This document shows positions 52,888 to 63,638 of a stretch of DNA of 64,000 nucleotides, piece after piece. How positions within the stretch are numbered: the first letter of the stretch is position 1; each line of letters begins with the position of its first letter. Under the pieces are notes generated by a model. That model worked only from the letters and a program-made list of their open reading frames with translations, was not told where the DNA came from and searched no databases. This DNA comes from Chloropicon primus (Eukaryota), in contig CP060761.1 of the NCBI GenBank assembly GCA_023205875.1, positions 372,001-436,000 on the forward strand, given 5' to 3'. The position numbers were made by a program, and so were the translations under genes.

Positions 52888-53378
52888 ATTTCGTCGACTC
52901 TGGTGTCGCGCCCGCCTGTAATTCAAAACTTATACTACTTCTTCAAGCATCCAACTGATATCATCCGGGTATATGCATCGTGTATCCACACTCATGCACA
53001 CTCCTCCCTCCAATACTCCTCCTCCTTGGAGAAGGCGGCGAGGTAAACCTCCATTACATTGCATTACATTATGTTTTATTTTATTTTATTCTCCCCATGG
53101 ATGCAACGTTTTGTCCCTTGGCGTGAGAGTGAGAGGACGCAAGGCCCTCCCCATCCCTTGGTCCTCCCTTGACTCAAACAATTCATTGCCATTGACACTG
53201 CCACTTCATTGCCCCTCCTGTCTCTCCTCCTCTGCACCTTTCAAGCAGCCTTTGGGATTTTCCCGCGAAAAAATATTGAGATTTTGAGGCAGCGCAGCGC
53301 AAGAGGAAGAGGAAGAGGAAGGAAAGAAGCGAGGAGCGAGCAAGCAAGCAAGCAAGGAAGGAGCACCTCCCCCCCCTC

Positions 53379-53421
<43 letters not shown>

Positions 53422-53496
53422 TTGTTTCTTTTGCTGCGCCTTGGATTGATTGGATTGGGATTGGGTTGGATTGATTTGGGAAGAGGAGTGGTCGGG

Positions 53497-54606
53497 ATGC
53501 CTGGAAACAACTTGAGACTCGGTGCGGGTCCTCCAGCGGGTGCTGGCGGGGGATACGCCGGGTTCGGTGCGCCTGGAGGGAGCAAAGCGGCGGCGGCTCC
53601 CGCTCCAGGTGCGACGGAGGAGGGTCAGCCCTGGGTGGAGAAGTACAGGCCGGAACGCGTGGAGGAGGTTTGCCATCAAGGGGAGGTCGTGGAGGCACTG
53701 AAGAGCGCTGTGCAAGGAAAGGACCTTCCTCACTTGCTTTTCTATGGCCCGCCAGGAACAGGAAAGACGACGACGGCGCTGGCGATCACCCGGCAGCTCT
53801 TCGGGCCGGAGCTCAAGAAGCAGCGCGTGCTCGAGCTGAACGCCAGTGACGAGAGAGGGATCCAAGTCGTGAGGGAGAAGATCAAGTCCTTTGCCTCCCT
53901 TGCGGTGGGCCACGGGGTTTCCGGGTACCCTTGCCCGCCCTTCAAGGTGATCATTCTTGACGAGTCGGACTTCATGACCAAGGACGCCCAGAACGCCCTG
54001 CGAAGGATCATCGAGCAGTACTCCAAGACGACGCGGTTCGTGTTCTGCTGCAACTACATCACGAGGATAATCGAGCCCTTGACGTCCAGGTGTGCCAAGT
54101 TCAGGTTCAAGCCGGTGGTCCTCGAGTCCCTGACGGAGAGGATCCAGCACATCTGCGACAGGGAGGGGTTGACGTTGGAGGGAGGGGCCATGGCTGCCCT
54201 CGCGAGGGTCGCGAACGGGGACATGAGGAGGGCGATCACCCTCCTCCAGAGCGCGGCGAGGTTCAACTCGAACGTCCTGGACGTCGAGGCCCTGTACGAG
54301 GCCGCCGGCGTCGTCCCGGACACGGAGATCGAGTCCCTCCTCCAGGTCTGCATGAAATCCGGGTTCAGCGACGTGGAGAGGAGGGTCAAGGAGATGATCT
54401 ACGACAGCTTCCCCCTTTCCCAGATCCTCCTCCAGTTCCAGGAAGCCGTCGTCGGGGCGGAGGGCGTGGAGGACCTCGTCAAGGCCGAAATCTGCCAAAA
54501 GTTCGCGGAGGTCGACAAGCGCATCTCGGACGGCGCGAACGAGGAGCTCCAGCTCCTGGACGCCGTGGGGTTCGCCCACCAGGCCTTCGCCAAGGCGAGG
54601 GGATGA
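53497..54606 (+). CDS. RFC4: Replication factor C small subunit (human/plant RFC4, yeast Rfc2)
   Basis: [49 protein letters not shown]. Confidence 0.93.
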   Translation: MPGNNLRLGAGPPAGAGGGYAGFGAPGGSKAAAAPAPGATEEGQPWVEKYRPERVEEVCHQGEVVEALKSAVQGKDLPHLLFYGPPGTGKTTTALAITRQLFGPELKKQRVLELNASDERGIQVVREKIKSFASLAVGHGVSGYPCPPFKVIILDESDFMTKDAQNALRRIIEQYSKTTRFVFCCNYITRIIEPLTSRCAKFRFKPVVLESLTERIQHICDREGLTLEGGAMAALARVANGDMRRAITLLQSAARFNSNVLDVEALYEAAGVVPDTEIESLLQVCMKSGFSDVERRVKEMIYDSFPLSQILLQFQEAVVGAEGVEDLVKAEICQKFAEVDKRISDGANEELQLLDAVGFAHQAFAKARG

Positions 54607-55570
54607 GTTGAGAGGAGGATAGAGAAGATTCCAAGAGAGGCGGGATTATCATCACCGCACCTCTTCTTCTCAGGGAAGGGGGTGGGGGGGCGAGAGCGGC
54701 AACCACTAATAACGAAAAGCTGAAGAAAAAGCTTGTTGTGTACAGTACATCATATCAGTTTGGAGACCACAGAGAGAGCATAGCATCATGACGACAATGA
54801 TGATGCCGATGCCACACACACACACACACACACACACACAAAGAGATAGACAGACAAGAGTGGAAGAGAGACAAGACAAGTCAAGAGTGGAAGGAGAGAA
54901 CTTGGGGATCCAATCATCCCTCCCTCCTCTCCCTTCCCTCGTCGTCGTCCTGTGGTGGGTGGGGAAAAGTCTACCGGAAATGTTTGATTTTTTTTTTGGT
55001 GTTCCGCCTCTTTGTGCTTCATTTCGTGTAGTAAATCCATCTTATCGTCGTTGGGTGGCAGATCAGATTGTTTTCCGGCGGTGAGAGAGTGCAAATCCCT
55101 TCTTGTCGAGGAATCAAACCAAACTCCCCCAAGAAAGCGAGGGAACGCGACGCGCGCGAGGGAAGAGAGAGAGAGAGAGAGAAGGCAGCGCACACCTCTC
55201 CGTGGGTTGTGTCCTCATCCTCTGTATCGCAGGAGGGGTTTGGGAACCTTAACAATCTCAGGCGTTACCTTGTGAGCGTAACCGTCTGTCGAAGAGCGTG
55301 GTGAGACCACCTCGTGGTTTTTGGTTTTGATCCCTGCCTTCGCGCTGTTCATCAAGTTGTGTGTCAGCACGCCTCTGTCTTGTGTGAATTCGTGTGCCTG
55401 GATCGTGAGGATCGACGCTCTGGGAGGGAAGGGGAAGGAGGACGGAAGGATCGATCGCAGTATCACGCGGACTCGTTTCGTTTTTTGACCTTTGCGGAAG
55501 ACGGAGGGGCGCGTCCTTTGTTTTTTTTTTGTGTGCGTGCCGTGGGTTTGAGAAACTCCTTGACAAGACC

Positions 55571-56268
55571 ATGAAAGATCACCCGCGAAGTGTGGACGAG
55601 ATAGCCGAAGACTACAGATCCCGCAGGGAGGCTTTGCTTCGAGCTTTGACTGAAGGTATGTGACCGAGCCTGGCCTCGCACCTTGCCTCACCTCTCTTGG
55701 GCAACCCTCAGCCTCCACACTGCTTTCTTGCGAGGGGAGGGATGCACCACCCGACCATCACCGACCACGGAACCGGACCTAACCTCGGCCTCGTTCTCCT
55801 CGCTCTCTCCTCGTTGCAGATGTGGACAAGTTTTACAGTCAGTGCGACCCGGACAGGGAGAACCTCTGCTTGTACGGTAAGTCGACGACGACGACGACGA
55901 ATTGGGAATCAGGACACCTTTCCTTTCCCATTTTTTTTTTTCGGCCTGGAGCATGTTTCTTGGTTCTGACACCATTCGTCTCCCTCGCCTCTCTTTGTCC
56001 GTTTGCGCGTCTCAGGTGAGCCGGACGGGCAGTGGAAGGTGGACCTTCCCGAGGAGGAAGTCCCGCCGGAGCTTCCGGAGCCGGTGTTGGGCATCAACTT
56101 TGCCAGGGACGGCATGCAGAGGAAGGACTGGATTGCACTCATAGCTGTGCACTCTGACGCTTGGCTCATGGCCGTGGCGTACTATTATGGCGCAAAGGTA
56201 AGGTGGATGAGTTGATGCCGTGGGTTTGGCCGCCGGGACCTCGCTGCCGGGGTTGTTGTTGTTGTTGT

Positions 56269-56303
<35 letters not shown>

Positions 56304-56764
56304 GCTCTCGTTGCTGACGTTCTTTTCCTGTTTTCGTTTCTCGCGCGGACCGCCAAACACAACAGCTGGACAAGGAGGGTAGACAAAAGTTGTTCAAGCA
56401 GATCAACGGCATCCCCACTGTGTACGAGACCGTGACAGGGAAGGCCAAGGTCGTTAACGGAGGCAAGGCAGCCAAGAAGAGGAAGACAACAGAGCCCACG
56501 GCGGAGAGAGAGCCAAAGGCCCAGGCGTCTGCCACGCCTCTCGGCATCGGGCGCCTGCTCACCGACAACGATGTCAACCTTGACCTCAGGGGAAGGCAAG
56601 CGGAGCTCTTCTGGCCTGACGATAACTTGTGGTACTTGATCGAGATACAGAACGTGAACGTAAGGCAAAAGCAGGCGAAGATTATGTACACCGACGGTTC
56701 AACGGAAGAGCTAGACTTGGAAGAGATTATTCGTGACGGTCACATGAGTCTGATCACGCAATAA
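55571..56764 (+). CDS. Alfin/PAL-domain protein with C-terminal Tudor-like barrel (exons 55571-55655, 55820-55876, 56016-56197, 56366-56764)
   Basis: [35 protein letters not shown]...[40 protein letters not shown]-terminal [10 protein letters not shown]...[13 protein letters not shown]. Confidence 0.9.
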
Positions 56765-56964
56765 AGGCCAACGATATAACTAGCTAGAGTAAGAAAAAAA
56801 TGAAGATGACGGTGTAAAAATTTCTTTAGAACATCTTTTTTTTTTGCGAGTTCCCCTCCCCCTTCTTTATTTGATTTTCCAGTCGTCACACGCTACGCGC
56901 GCGTCCCCTCCCTAACCTCGGAGAACAGCCGAACCAATCCAGCAGCTTCCTTGTTGCACACACC

Positions 56965-57656
56965 CTATGGAATCGATATGAGCTCGTACTCGACCTCAGA
57001 CAAGTTGTTGTCCTCCTGCAACAGCACACAAGGAAAGCGTATTGAAGGTCAGTCCCTTTGGTCTGAACAGAAAAGTCCTTCAAGGCATCTTGATCGGGTT
57101 TCCTCAGCCTCTTACCTTTGGTTTCACGTCTACTCCTTCCTCAGCATCTTCCACTGCTCCTGACTTGTCTACCATGAGCCTCACGCAGCCCCTGTACATC
57201 TCGACCTTGGCGTTCTTCAACGTCAGCGTCTTTCCCTCTGTGACCTTGTCCACCTGCTCGTTCTTGGCCGTGAAGATGACGACGCCCGTGTCATCGCCGA
57301 CAAGACACTCGTTGACTCTGATCTTCGTTCCGTCGCCTTTCGCTCTGTTCACCACCTCCTTGGAGCTCACCACCTGAGGCAGAGAAGAGAGAGAGGTCAG
57401 TTCCATCACCAGAGCCAGGAATGAGCAGGGACGGCGGTGAAGGAAGAGGCGAGGTAGCCCGTCGGAAGGACCACCTCTTTCTCTTTCCTTTGAGTGGTCT
57501 GTCGAAAGAAACAGAGATCACAGAGCACAGAAGAGAAAGGTCTTTTGTTCTTCTCCACTTTACCTTGACGTGAATGTTGTGTCCGCTTGTTTCAGGTCGC
57601 AAGGCGTCGACTTTAGTGAAGTTGGTCGTGACTTGTTCTTCATCGTTGTTGTCCAT
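56965..57656 (-). CDS. Small OB-fold nucleic-acid-binding protein (exons 57656-57564, 57373-57116, 57015-56965)
   Basis: FTKVDALRP..GHNIHVK-VV...ECLVGDDTG.VIFTAKNEQVD...LKNAKVEMYRG..RLMVDK...DNNLSEVEYEL; matches the plant At4g28440-type OB family. Confidence 0.88.
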
Positions 57657-57797
57657 GTTGATCACCATTCGTAGAGGTGTTCGCTCCTCTCCTTTCCTTT
57701 CCTCTCTCTCTCTCTCTCCTTCTGCTTCTGCCGAACCGAAGGAAGAATGAAGGAGCCTCGTCCTCGTCCTCATCGGTCGGTCGGTCGGTCGAGAGAG

Positions 57798-58076
57798 ATC
57801 AAGGTGGATGGACTGGACTGGACTGGACTGGACTGAGAGGAAGTGGATCATCATCAAGGTGGATGGACTGGACTGGACTGGACTGGACTGGACTGAGAGG
57901 AAGTGGATCATCATCAAGGTGGATGGACTGGACTGGACTGGACTGGACTGAGAGGAAGTGGATCATCATCAAGGTGGATGGACTGGACTGGACTGGACTG
58001 GACTGGACTGGACTGAGAGGAAGTGGATCATCATCAAGGTGGATGGACTGGACTGGATTGGACTGGACTGGACTGC
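57798..58076 (+). repeat. Compound minisatellite: [ATCAAGGTGGATG-(GACTG)n-AGAGGAAGTGGATCATC] x~5
   Basis: A constant ~30-bp unit separated by variable numbers of GACTG pentamers. Confidence 0.95.
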
Positions 58077-58143
58077 ATCAATCAGACTGGATCAGGGACC
58101 ATTGTGTTGGGATTATTACAAGGCGTGGGTGGGAGTTTGCGAA

Positions 58144-60444
58144 TTAATCGCTGTAGTCATTAGCATTTTTGTTGCCGCGCCCCCCGGCCTCGGGTTGGTT
58201 TTCGTACATTTCCAAAAGCTGCGTGGAAGTGGTGGCGGAGGTGGGTGTGCGGTCCTTCCTGGTTCTTTCGTATCGGGGAAACCTCATGGAGATTCCCTTG
58301 CCGGCCTCTGCCATTCCAAAGGCCGACTCGTAGTGGGGGCTCAAGGTCAAGTTCGCCACCTTCACCTCCCAAACGACCTTGGCGTCGAACCAGACGTCGG
58401 GCACGTTTTTGTTGTCCTTGAACTTGTAGTAAGAGCGCGGGGCATCAATCTTGTGCTGGCTGAGGTCCTTGTGGACCTCAGCGAGCTCCGCCTCTTCGAA
58501 CCCGGTCCCGATTTTCGATATGACTTCGTACACTTCATCGTCGTCGTTGTAGACGGCCAACAAGAAATTCCCGTACACGCCCTTCCTCTTTCCCTTCCCG
58601 TGCCAGGCGCCGACAACCACCAGATCAAGGGAGTCGCCGACGCCGTCCATGTAGTCCTTCTTGAGCTTGAGCCAGTTCAACGACCTCTGGCTCGGCTCGT
58701 AAGTGGAGTCCACCGTTTTCACAATGAGTCCCTCCGTCTTGGCCACAATGGACTCCTCCAGGAAGACCTGCAGCTCCTCCACATCATTCGAAGTTTTATC
58801 GGTGGCGAAGAGAAACATTCCTTCTTGCTCCTGGCATGCCTCGCGGAGAGCCTCCCTCCTCTCCAAAAGCGTGGACTGGAGGAGGGACTTGTCATTGTAG
58901 TACAGGCAGTCGAACGCAAAGTAGCAAACCTGGGCTTGCTTCTTCATGTCCTCGTCGGTGACGTCCTTCCTCTTCCTCTTCTGGAGCCGCTGGAAGGGCA
59001 GAATCTGCTTGAGCTCCCTGTCGAACGCCACGATCTCCCCGTCGAGGACGACGTTTCTCGTGTTTTCCCTCAAGCTCTTTGGCAGAATTTCGCTGCTCAC
59101 TTCGGGGTACTTTGGAGTGTTGTCCTCCGCGTTTCTGCTGAAGATTTTGATCTTCCCGTCTTGGTAGTGTATCTGAGCCCTTTCCCCGTCGTACTTGTAC
59201 TCGCAAGTGAACTCGACGTCCGTGAACTTCTCCAGCACCTCGTGGACGCCGGTCGTGGGCTTTGCGAGCATTGGCCTGATCGGGACCCCCACGGTAAACT
59301 TGCAGTGCTTCGGAAGCTCGAACACACCGGAAGCGAGCAAGGCTGGGATTATTAGATCAAAGGAGGGGCACTCGCTGAACACCTGCTTCACGATCTTGTC
59401 GGCCTCATCCTCGCACTTGGCTATCGTTTCATCCGACTTTTTGTCGAACTCGTCCTTCTCCCACAGGATTGCCCTGGAGAGGGCGGCGACCACCGTCTGC
59501 TCCGAGGCGCCCACGCGGAGCTTCCCCTGGAGCGCGCGGACGACGTAGGTCGCCTCCGTCCTTTTGCTGCTGGTCAGAAGTTTCTTGATAATGCTCTTCT
59601 TCTTCTCCATGGACTGTCCTCCCTCCGTGAGGGCAATCGTCTTGAATTCCTGGAACACGTGGCGGGCGACGAGAGGCTTGGGCTGGAACATGGTCTTCTG
59701 GGCCGATCTGCAGCTCATGGCCACGTCCCCAAGGTCGCCCTTCTTCTTCATCTCGTCCTTCAAGGCATTCACGGTCTTCCCCGTGCTCTCCGACAGAGCC
59801 TTCATGATGGTGGAGTCCCCGATCCCAAGCTCGATCCCGTCGTGCGACGGAGCGATCTGGCACACGGAGAGGTAAACGCAAGGGAGAAGGTCCTCCGGCG
59901 TCACGCTCACCACGGTCCTGAAGAACTCTGTCAGGATCTTCGTCTTCTCCAGCCTCTTGGACGTTCCAGAGAGCTTGTCGAACGTCTCGGCCAGGGCGCT
60001 GTAAGGAACCGGCTCACCCTCCTTCCAAGTGGCGCTCCCCTTGGCGTCGAAACTTTTGTTCAACGCTGCTGCTGCGATGGACTTCTCGCCCACCCCAAAG
60101 GCTGGAGCCGCCTTCTTCCCCTTTGGCTTCTTGGACTGCGGGGACTGCGACAGTGTCAACCCTCCCTTGTGCTCATCCTTGACCCTTGCGTCTCCCGAGA
60201 GGGAGAGGGTCTCCCTCCTCCTCCCCTCGCCCTTGTCCTCCTCCTGCGAGGACGAGGACGTCTTCTTCAACCGCTTGAACTTGGGCTGCTCCACTGCGCC
60301 ATTCTCCTTGTCCACGGGACCCTCGCCGCCGTCCGTCGAAGCCGCACGAACTGGGTTCGCTTTCATTTTCGTTTTCGCTGCACCACCTCCACCTCCACCT
60401 CCACCTCGAAAGAAAAACTCTATACTCCTCTGCTGCATGGGCAT
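58144..60444 (-). CDS. LIG1: DNA ligase I (first in-frame ATG 60444; frame open upstream to at least 60738)
   Basis: Active site CEYKYDGERAQIH, VLDGEIVA, EGLIVK, WLKLKKDY, SMRFPRY; PIP box QRSIEFFF just after the ATG. Confidence 0.96.
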   Translation of the reverse strand: MPMQQRSIEFFFRGGGGGGGGAAKTKMKANPVRAASTDGGEGPVDKENGAVEQPKFKRLKKTSSSSQEEDKGEGRRRETLSLSGDARVKDEHKGGLTLSQSPQSKKPKGKKAAPAFGVGEKSIAAAALNKSFDAKGSATWKEGEPVPYSALAETFDKLSGTSKRLEKTKILTEFFRTVVSVTPEDLLPCVYLSVCQIAPSHDGIELGIGDSTIMKALSESTGKTVNALKDEMKKKGDLGDVAMSCRSAQKTMFQPKPLVARHVFQEFKTIALTEGGQSMEKKKSIIKKLLTSSKRTEATYVVRALQGKLRVGASEQTVVAALSRAILWEKDEFDKKSDETIAKCEDEADKIVKQVFSECPSFDLIIPALLASGVFELPKHCKFTVGVPIRPMLAKPTTGVHEVLEKFTDVEFTCEYKYDGERAQIHYQDGKIKIFSRNAEDNTPKYPEVSSEILPKSLRENTRNVVLDGEIVAFDRELKQILPFQRLQKRKRKDVTDEDMKKQAQVCYFAFDCLYYNDKSLLQSTLLERREALREACQEQEGMFLFATDKTSNDVEELQVFLEESIVAKTEGLIVKTVDSTYEPSQRSLNWLKLKKDYMDGVGDSLDLVVVGAWHGKGKRKGVYGNFLLAVYNDDDEVYEVISKIGTGFEEAELAEVHKDLSQHKIDAPRSYYKFKDNKNVPDVWFDAKVVWEVKVANLTLSPHYESAFGMAEAGKGISMRFPRYERTRKDRTPTSATTSTQLLEMYENQPEAGGRGNKNANDYSD

Positions 60445-61108
60445 GGTATCACTCACGAGACTCGTCGACGACGACGACGACGTCGACAATGGTGATGCCA
60501 AACCTCTCGAGACAAACGTCGGCGAAGAGGATGCCGTCGGTGTCACTCCGCGGTCGCACGCACCACCAACCCACGGCCTCTGTCCGAAGGCAACACTGGG
60601 ATGGTTTCCCGTGGAGGAAACCGTAAGACTTTTGAAACTTCTCGAGCTCGTCCTCGTCCTTGAGAGAAGAAGAACTTGCGAACTTGCGGAACAAGGACGA
60701 AGACGAAGCTTCTGCAAACAAAGTCTCCGCGGAAGCAAAGTGGTGTACTTAGGGATCGTTATCGCAATCGTGACTGCACTCTGATGGGACTCGACTCGAC
60801 AAAGGCGAACTTCTCTCTCTTCTCTCTCCTCTTCTTTTCTTTTCTTCTCCGGATTTTGCGCGCGAAAATTGAGGAAAATGCGAAGGAAAAAAAAGAAAAA
60901 TAATGGCGGGAGAGGGGATGAGGGGCTTTCTGTGCGATGTGGAGGCCGGAGGAGGGGGAGCGAGGAACCGAGGAGCGTACCTGGTGGAACGAGGGCCCCT
61001 TGAGCTTTCCAAAGAACCTTTTGTTGAAATGAGACGACCTTTGTAGAGGATTCAGAACTCGAAGTTCAGAAGGGGGACCAAAGATTGAAGCATCGGGATT
61101 TCGGGGGA

Positions 61109-61654
61109 ATGGCCTCTGTCCGTGAGTCTTGTGCGGAACCGGATCTTGTGTCTGCTGCAGACGGCGTGGCGAGGGTCCTCCCTGCAGCTGTTGGGAAGGA
61201 GGGTGCTGATGTCGAGCCAGCACTTGTGGTGAAGGAGGTCCAGTACACCGATGAGGAGGTTGGTCGGGGCGTGTTTGCCCTGAAGCCCCTCCCGAGATCG
61301 ACCTTGGTGGAAGTGGCCCACGGCATCTACATTCCCAAGGCAGAATACGAGGACCACGTGAAGCTGACAGTGTTCGAGCACTACGTTTTCAACTGCAAGA
61401 AGAGAGGGGGCAAGATGCTTTGCTTGGGGCTCGGCTCGTTGTTCAACCACAGCAACAGTCCCAACTTGGACTACAGGATAGACGAAGACCGGTTGGTGAT
61501 CAAGTTCTACGCTGCGAGGCCTATCCAGGAGGGGGAGGAGCTCACGATATTCTACGGCGCGAACCTTTGGTTTCCTTCGATGGAGGAGGAGAGGCCCTCC
61601 AGCCCCCCGGAGACGGAAGACTCGTTCTTCGCCAAGCTTTCCCTGTCTGACTGA
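61109..61654 (+). CDS. Minimal stand-alone SET-domain methyltransferase
   Basis: VGRGVFA, LGLGSLFNHSNSPN, ARPIQEGEELTIFYG..LW; no pre- or post-SET Cys clusters. Confidence 0.88.
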   Translation: MASVRESCAEPDLVSAADGVARVLPAAVGKEGADVEPALVVKEVQYTDEEVGRGVFALKPLPRSTLVEVAHGIYIPKAEYEDHVKLTVFEHYVFNCKKRGGKMLCLGLGSLFNHSNSPNLDYRIDEDRLVIKFYAARPIQEGEELTIFYGANLWFPSMEEERPSSPPETEDSFFAKLSLSD

Positions 61655-61723
61655 TGAGAGCCCCGTAATAATTATTCGTTGCACCCGTGTACAGTTTTAC
61701 AAATACATTAGTAAGCAATAGTT

Positions 61724-63205
61724 TTAGAGGGGGCCCGCGGCCCTGAGAGCGTCCGCGACCCTGAGAGCGTCTGCCGCCACCGCCACGTTGTGAACTCTGA
61801 AGATGTTGCACTCCCCCAAGGAGGCCACGACCAAAGCCGCGGCCGTGGCGACGTCCCTCTCCCGGGGGTCCTTTTTGCCGACGATCGTGCCCAGAAACCC
61901 CTTCCTGGACGGGCCAACGAGCATCGGCGCGTTTCTCGCGAATCCTGGAGACAGGGCGCGGCGCAACTCCGAGGTCCGGCCTAAAATCTCGCAGTTCTGC
62001 GAGTGAGTCTTCGCAAATCCGATTCCGGGGTCTGTGATGATGCACCACGGCATGATGCCCCCGCGGGTGGCAGCGTGGACTTTCGCGCTCAGCTCCCCGG
62101 CGACTTCCAGTATCAGATCCCCGTACGCGGTCTTCTCCTCGGACTGCATGGTCTTCGGATCGCCCCTCATGTGCATCATGACGTAGGGAGTTCCCAGCTT
62201 TCCCACGGCGTCGTACATGGACTCGTCGAACCCACCGGCCGTGACGTCGTTCACGATGTCCGCGCCCGCTCCCACGGCCTCCTCGGCCACTCTGGGGTAG
62301 AAGGTGTCGACGGACACGAGCACGTCCGAAAGCTCTTCGTCTCTCCTCACGGCCTCGATCACCGGAAGTATCCTCCCGAGCTCCTCCTCGCTGCTCACTC
62401 TGTCTGCCCCCGGCCGGGTGGATTGCCCCCCGATGTCGACAATGTCGGCGCCAAGAGAAACCATGCGCCTGACCTGCTCCACCGATTTCTCCCTCGCCTC
62501 GTACAGGCCGCCGTCGCTGAAGCTGTCCGGGGTGGCGTTCAGGATCCCCATGATGTGGGACCGCCCAGAAAAGTTGACGACGCGCTTCCCCATGGGAGTC
62601 ACCCTCCTGATCTCCCCCCCGCCCACCAACGCCTCCCCGCCGAGGTCCTCCCAGGCCCTCCTCGCCTCCACCAGGCGACTCCCGCAGGACTCGCTCGAGG
62701 GCGCCGACCCTGGCTCCAAGTCCGCAAGAGGTGCGAGCACGAACGACCTCTCCTTCCACCGGGGGTGAGGCACCCTCAGCCGCTCGTGGTCGACCTCTCC
62801 GCCGCCGTAGAACACAATGTCCAGGTCCAGAGTCCGAGGACCGTACCGGATCCCGCCGACCAAGTCCCGTCCAGACTCCTTCTCGATGCCCTTGAGCGCG
62901 TCCAGGAGGGCGACGGGCTCAAGCTCCGTCCTCAGGAGGACAGATGAGTTCAAGAAATCGTCCTGATCCTCGTAATACGCCGGCGCCGTCTCGTAGAGGC
63001 TCCCGTACTGCAAGACCTCGACGCCATCGTTCATGGATAAGGCTCGCAAGCCACGCCAGATGTTCCCAACCCTGTCGCCCTTGTTCGACCCGACGGCGAC
63101 GACAGCTTCCGTGGCGTACGTCTTCCTTGTCAATCCTCGGATCCGCAACAGGACGCAGGACGAAGACCCCTCGGCCAACCTCCTCAACCTCCTCAACGCC
63201 ATCAT
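61724..63205 (-). CDS. Bifunctional HPPK-DHPS (folate synthesis), mitochondrial
   Basis: HPPK: AVGSNKGDR, RYGPRTLDLDI, PHPRWKERSFVLAPL. DHPS: MGILNATPDSFSDGG, IDIGGQSTRPGA-like, DPGIGFAK, SRKGF, RVHNV. Confidence 0.96.
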   Translation of the reverse strand: MMALRRLRRLAEGSSSCVLLRIRGLTRKTYATEAVVAVGSNKGDRVGNIWRGLRALSMNDGVEVLQYGSLYETAPAYYEDQDDFLNSSVLLRTELEPVALLDALKGIEKESGRDLVGGIRYGPRTLDLDIVFYGGGEVDHERLRVPHPRWKERSFVLAPLADLEPGSAPSSESCGSRLVEARRAWEDLGGEALVGGGEIRRVTPMGKRVVNFSGRSHIMGILNATPDSFSDGGLYEAREKSVEQVRRMVSLGADIVDIGGQSTRPGADRVSSEEELGRILPVIEAVRRDEELSDVLVSVDTFYPRVAEEAVGAGADIVNDVTAGGFDESMYDAVGKLGTPYVMMHMRGDPKTMQSEEKTAYGDLILEVAGELSAKVHAATRGGIMPWCIITDPGIGFAKTHSQNCEILGRTSELRRALSPGFARNAPMLVGPSRKGFLGTIVGKKDPRERDVATAAALVVASLGECNIFRVHNVAVAADALRVADALRAAGPL

Positions 63206-63638
63206 CCTTCTTCCCTTCTCTCTCTGGCTCGAACGGAAGGAACGAACGGAGGTCCAAAATCCTCGTCAGAGCGTCGTTCGCTTCGAGAGAGACCTCTTTG
63301 GAAAGATCAAGGGACGATCCTTGCGCCTTCTCGATCGCCTCCTCCCTCCGCCTCTCGACCAAGCCTCCGCTACGTCGTCACCGCCCCGCTGGCCTCCATC
63401 GCCTTCTCTCTCTCTCCTCTCTGTCTCTGTCGTGTGGTTCTCCGTGAGAGGAGCTCGAGCTCGAGGAGCGTAACGGCTGAGAGGGAGGGAAGGGGAGTGG
63501 AGTGTGAACGGGGAGGACGAGGAAGATTAGGACGGAGAGCACGATTTTCGTCCACCTGATGTCTTTGCCTTTCGATAGAGCCCTTGCTTGAAAGAAACGG
63601 CGACCTGAGGACGGTTCAAGGACGGTTGAGGGGTTAGG

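Noticed and set aside
57798..58076. CRISPR-like repeat-spacer appearance
   Set aside because: The 'spacers' are all (GACTG)n rather than unique, there are no cas genes, and the context is eukaryotic.
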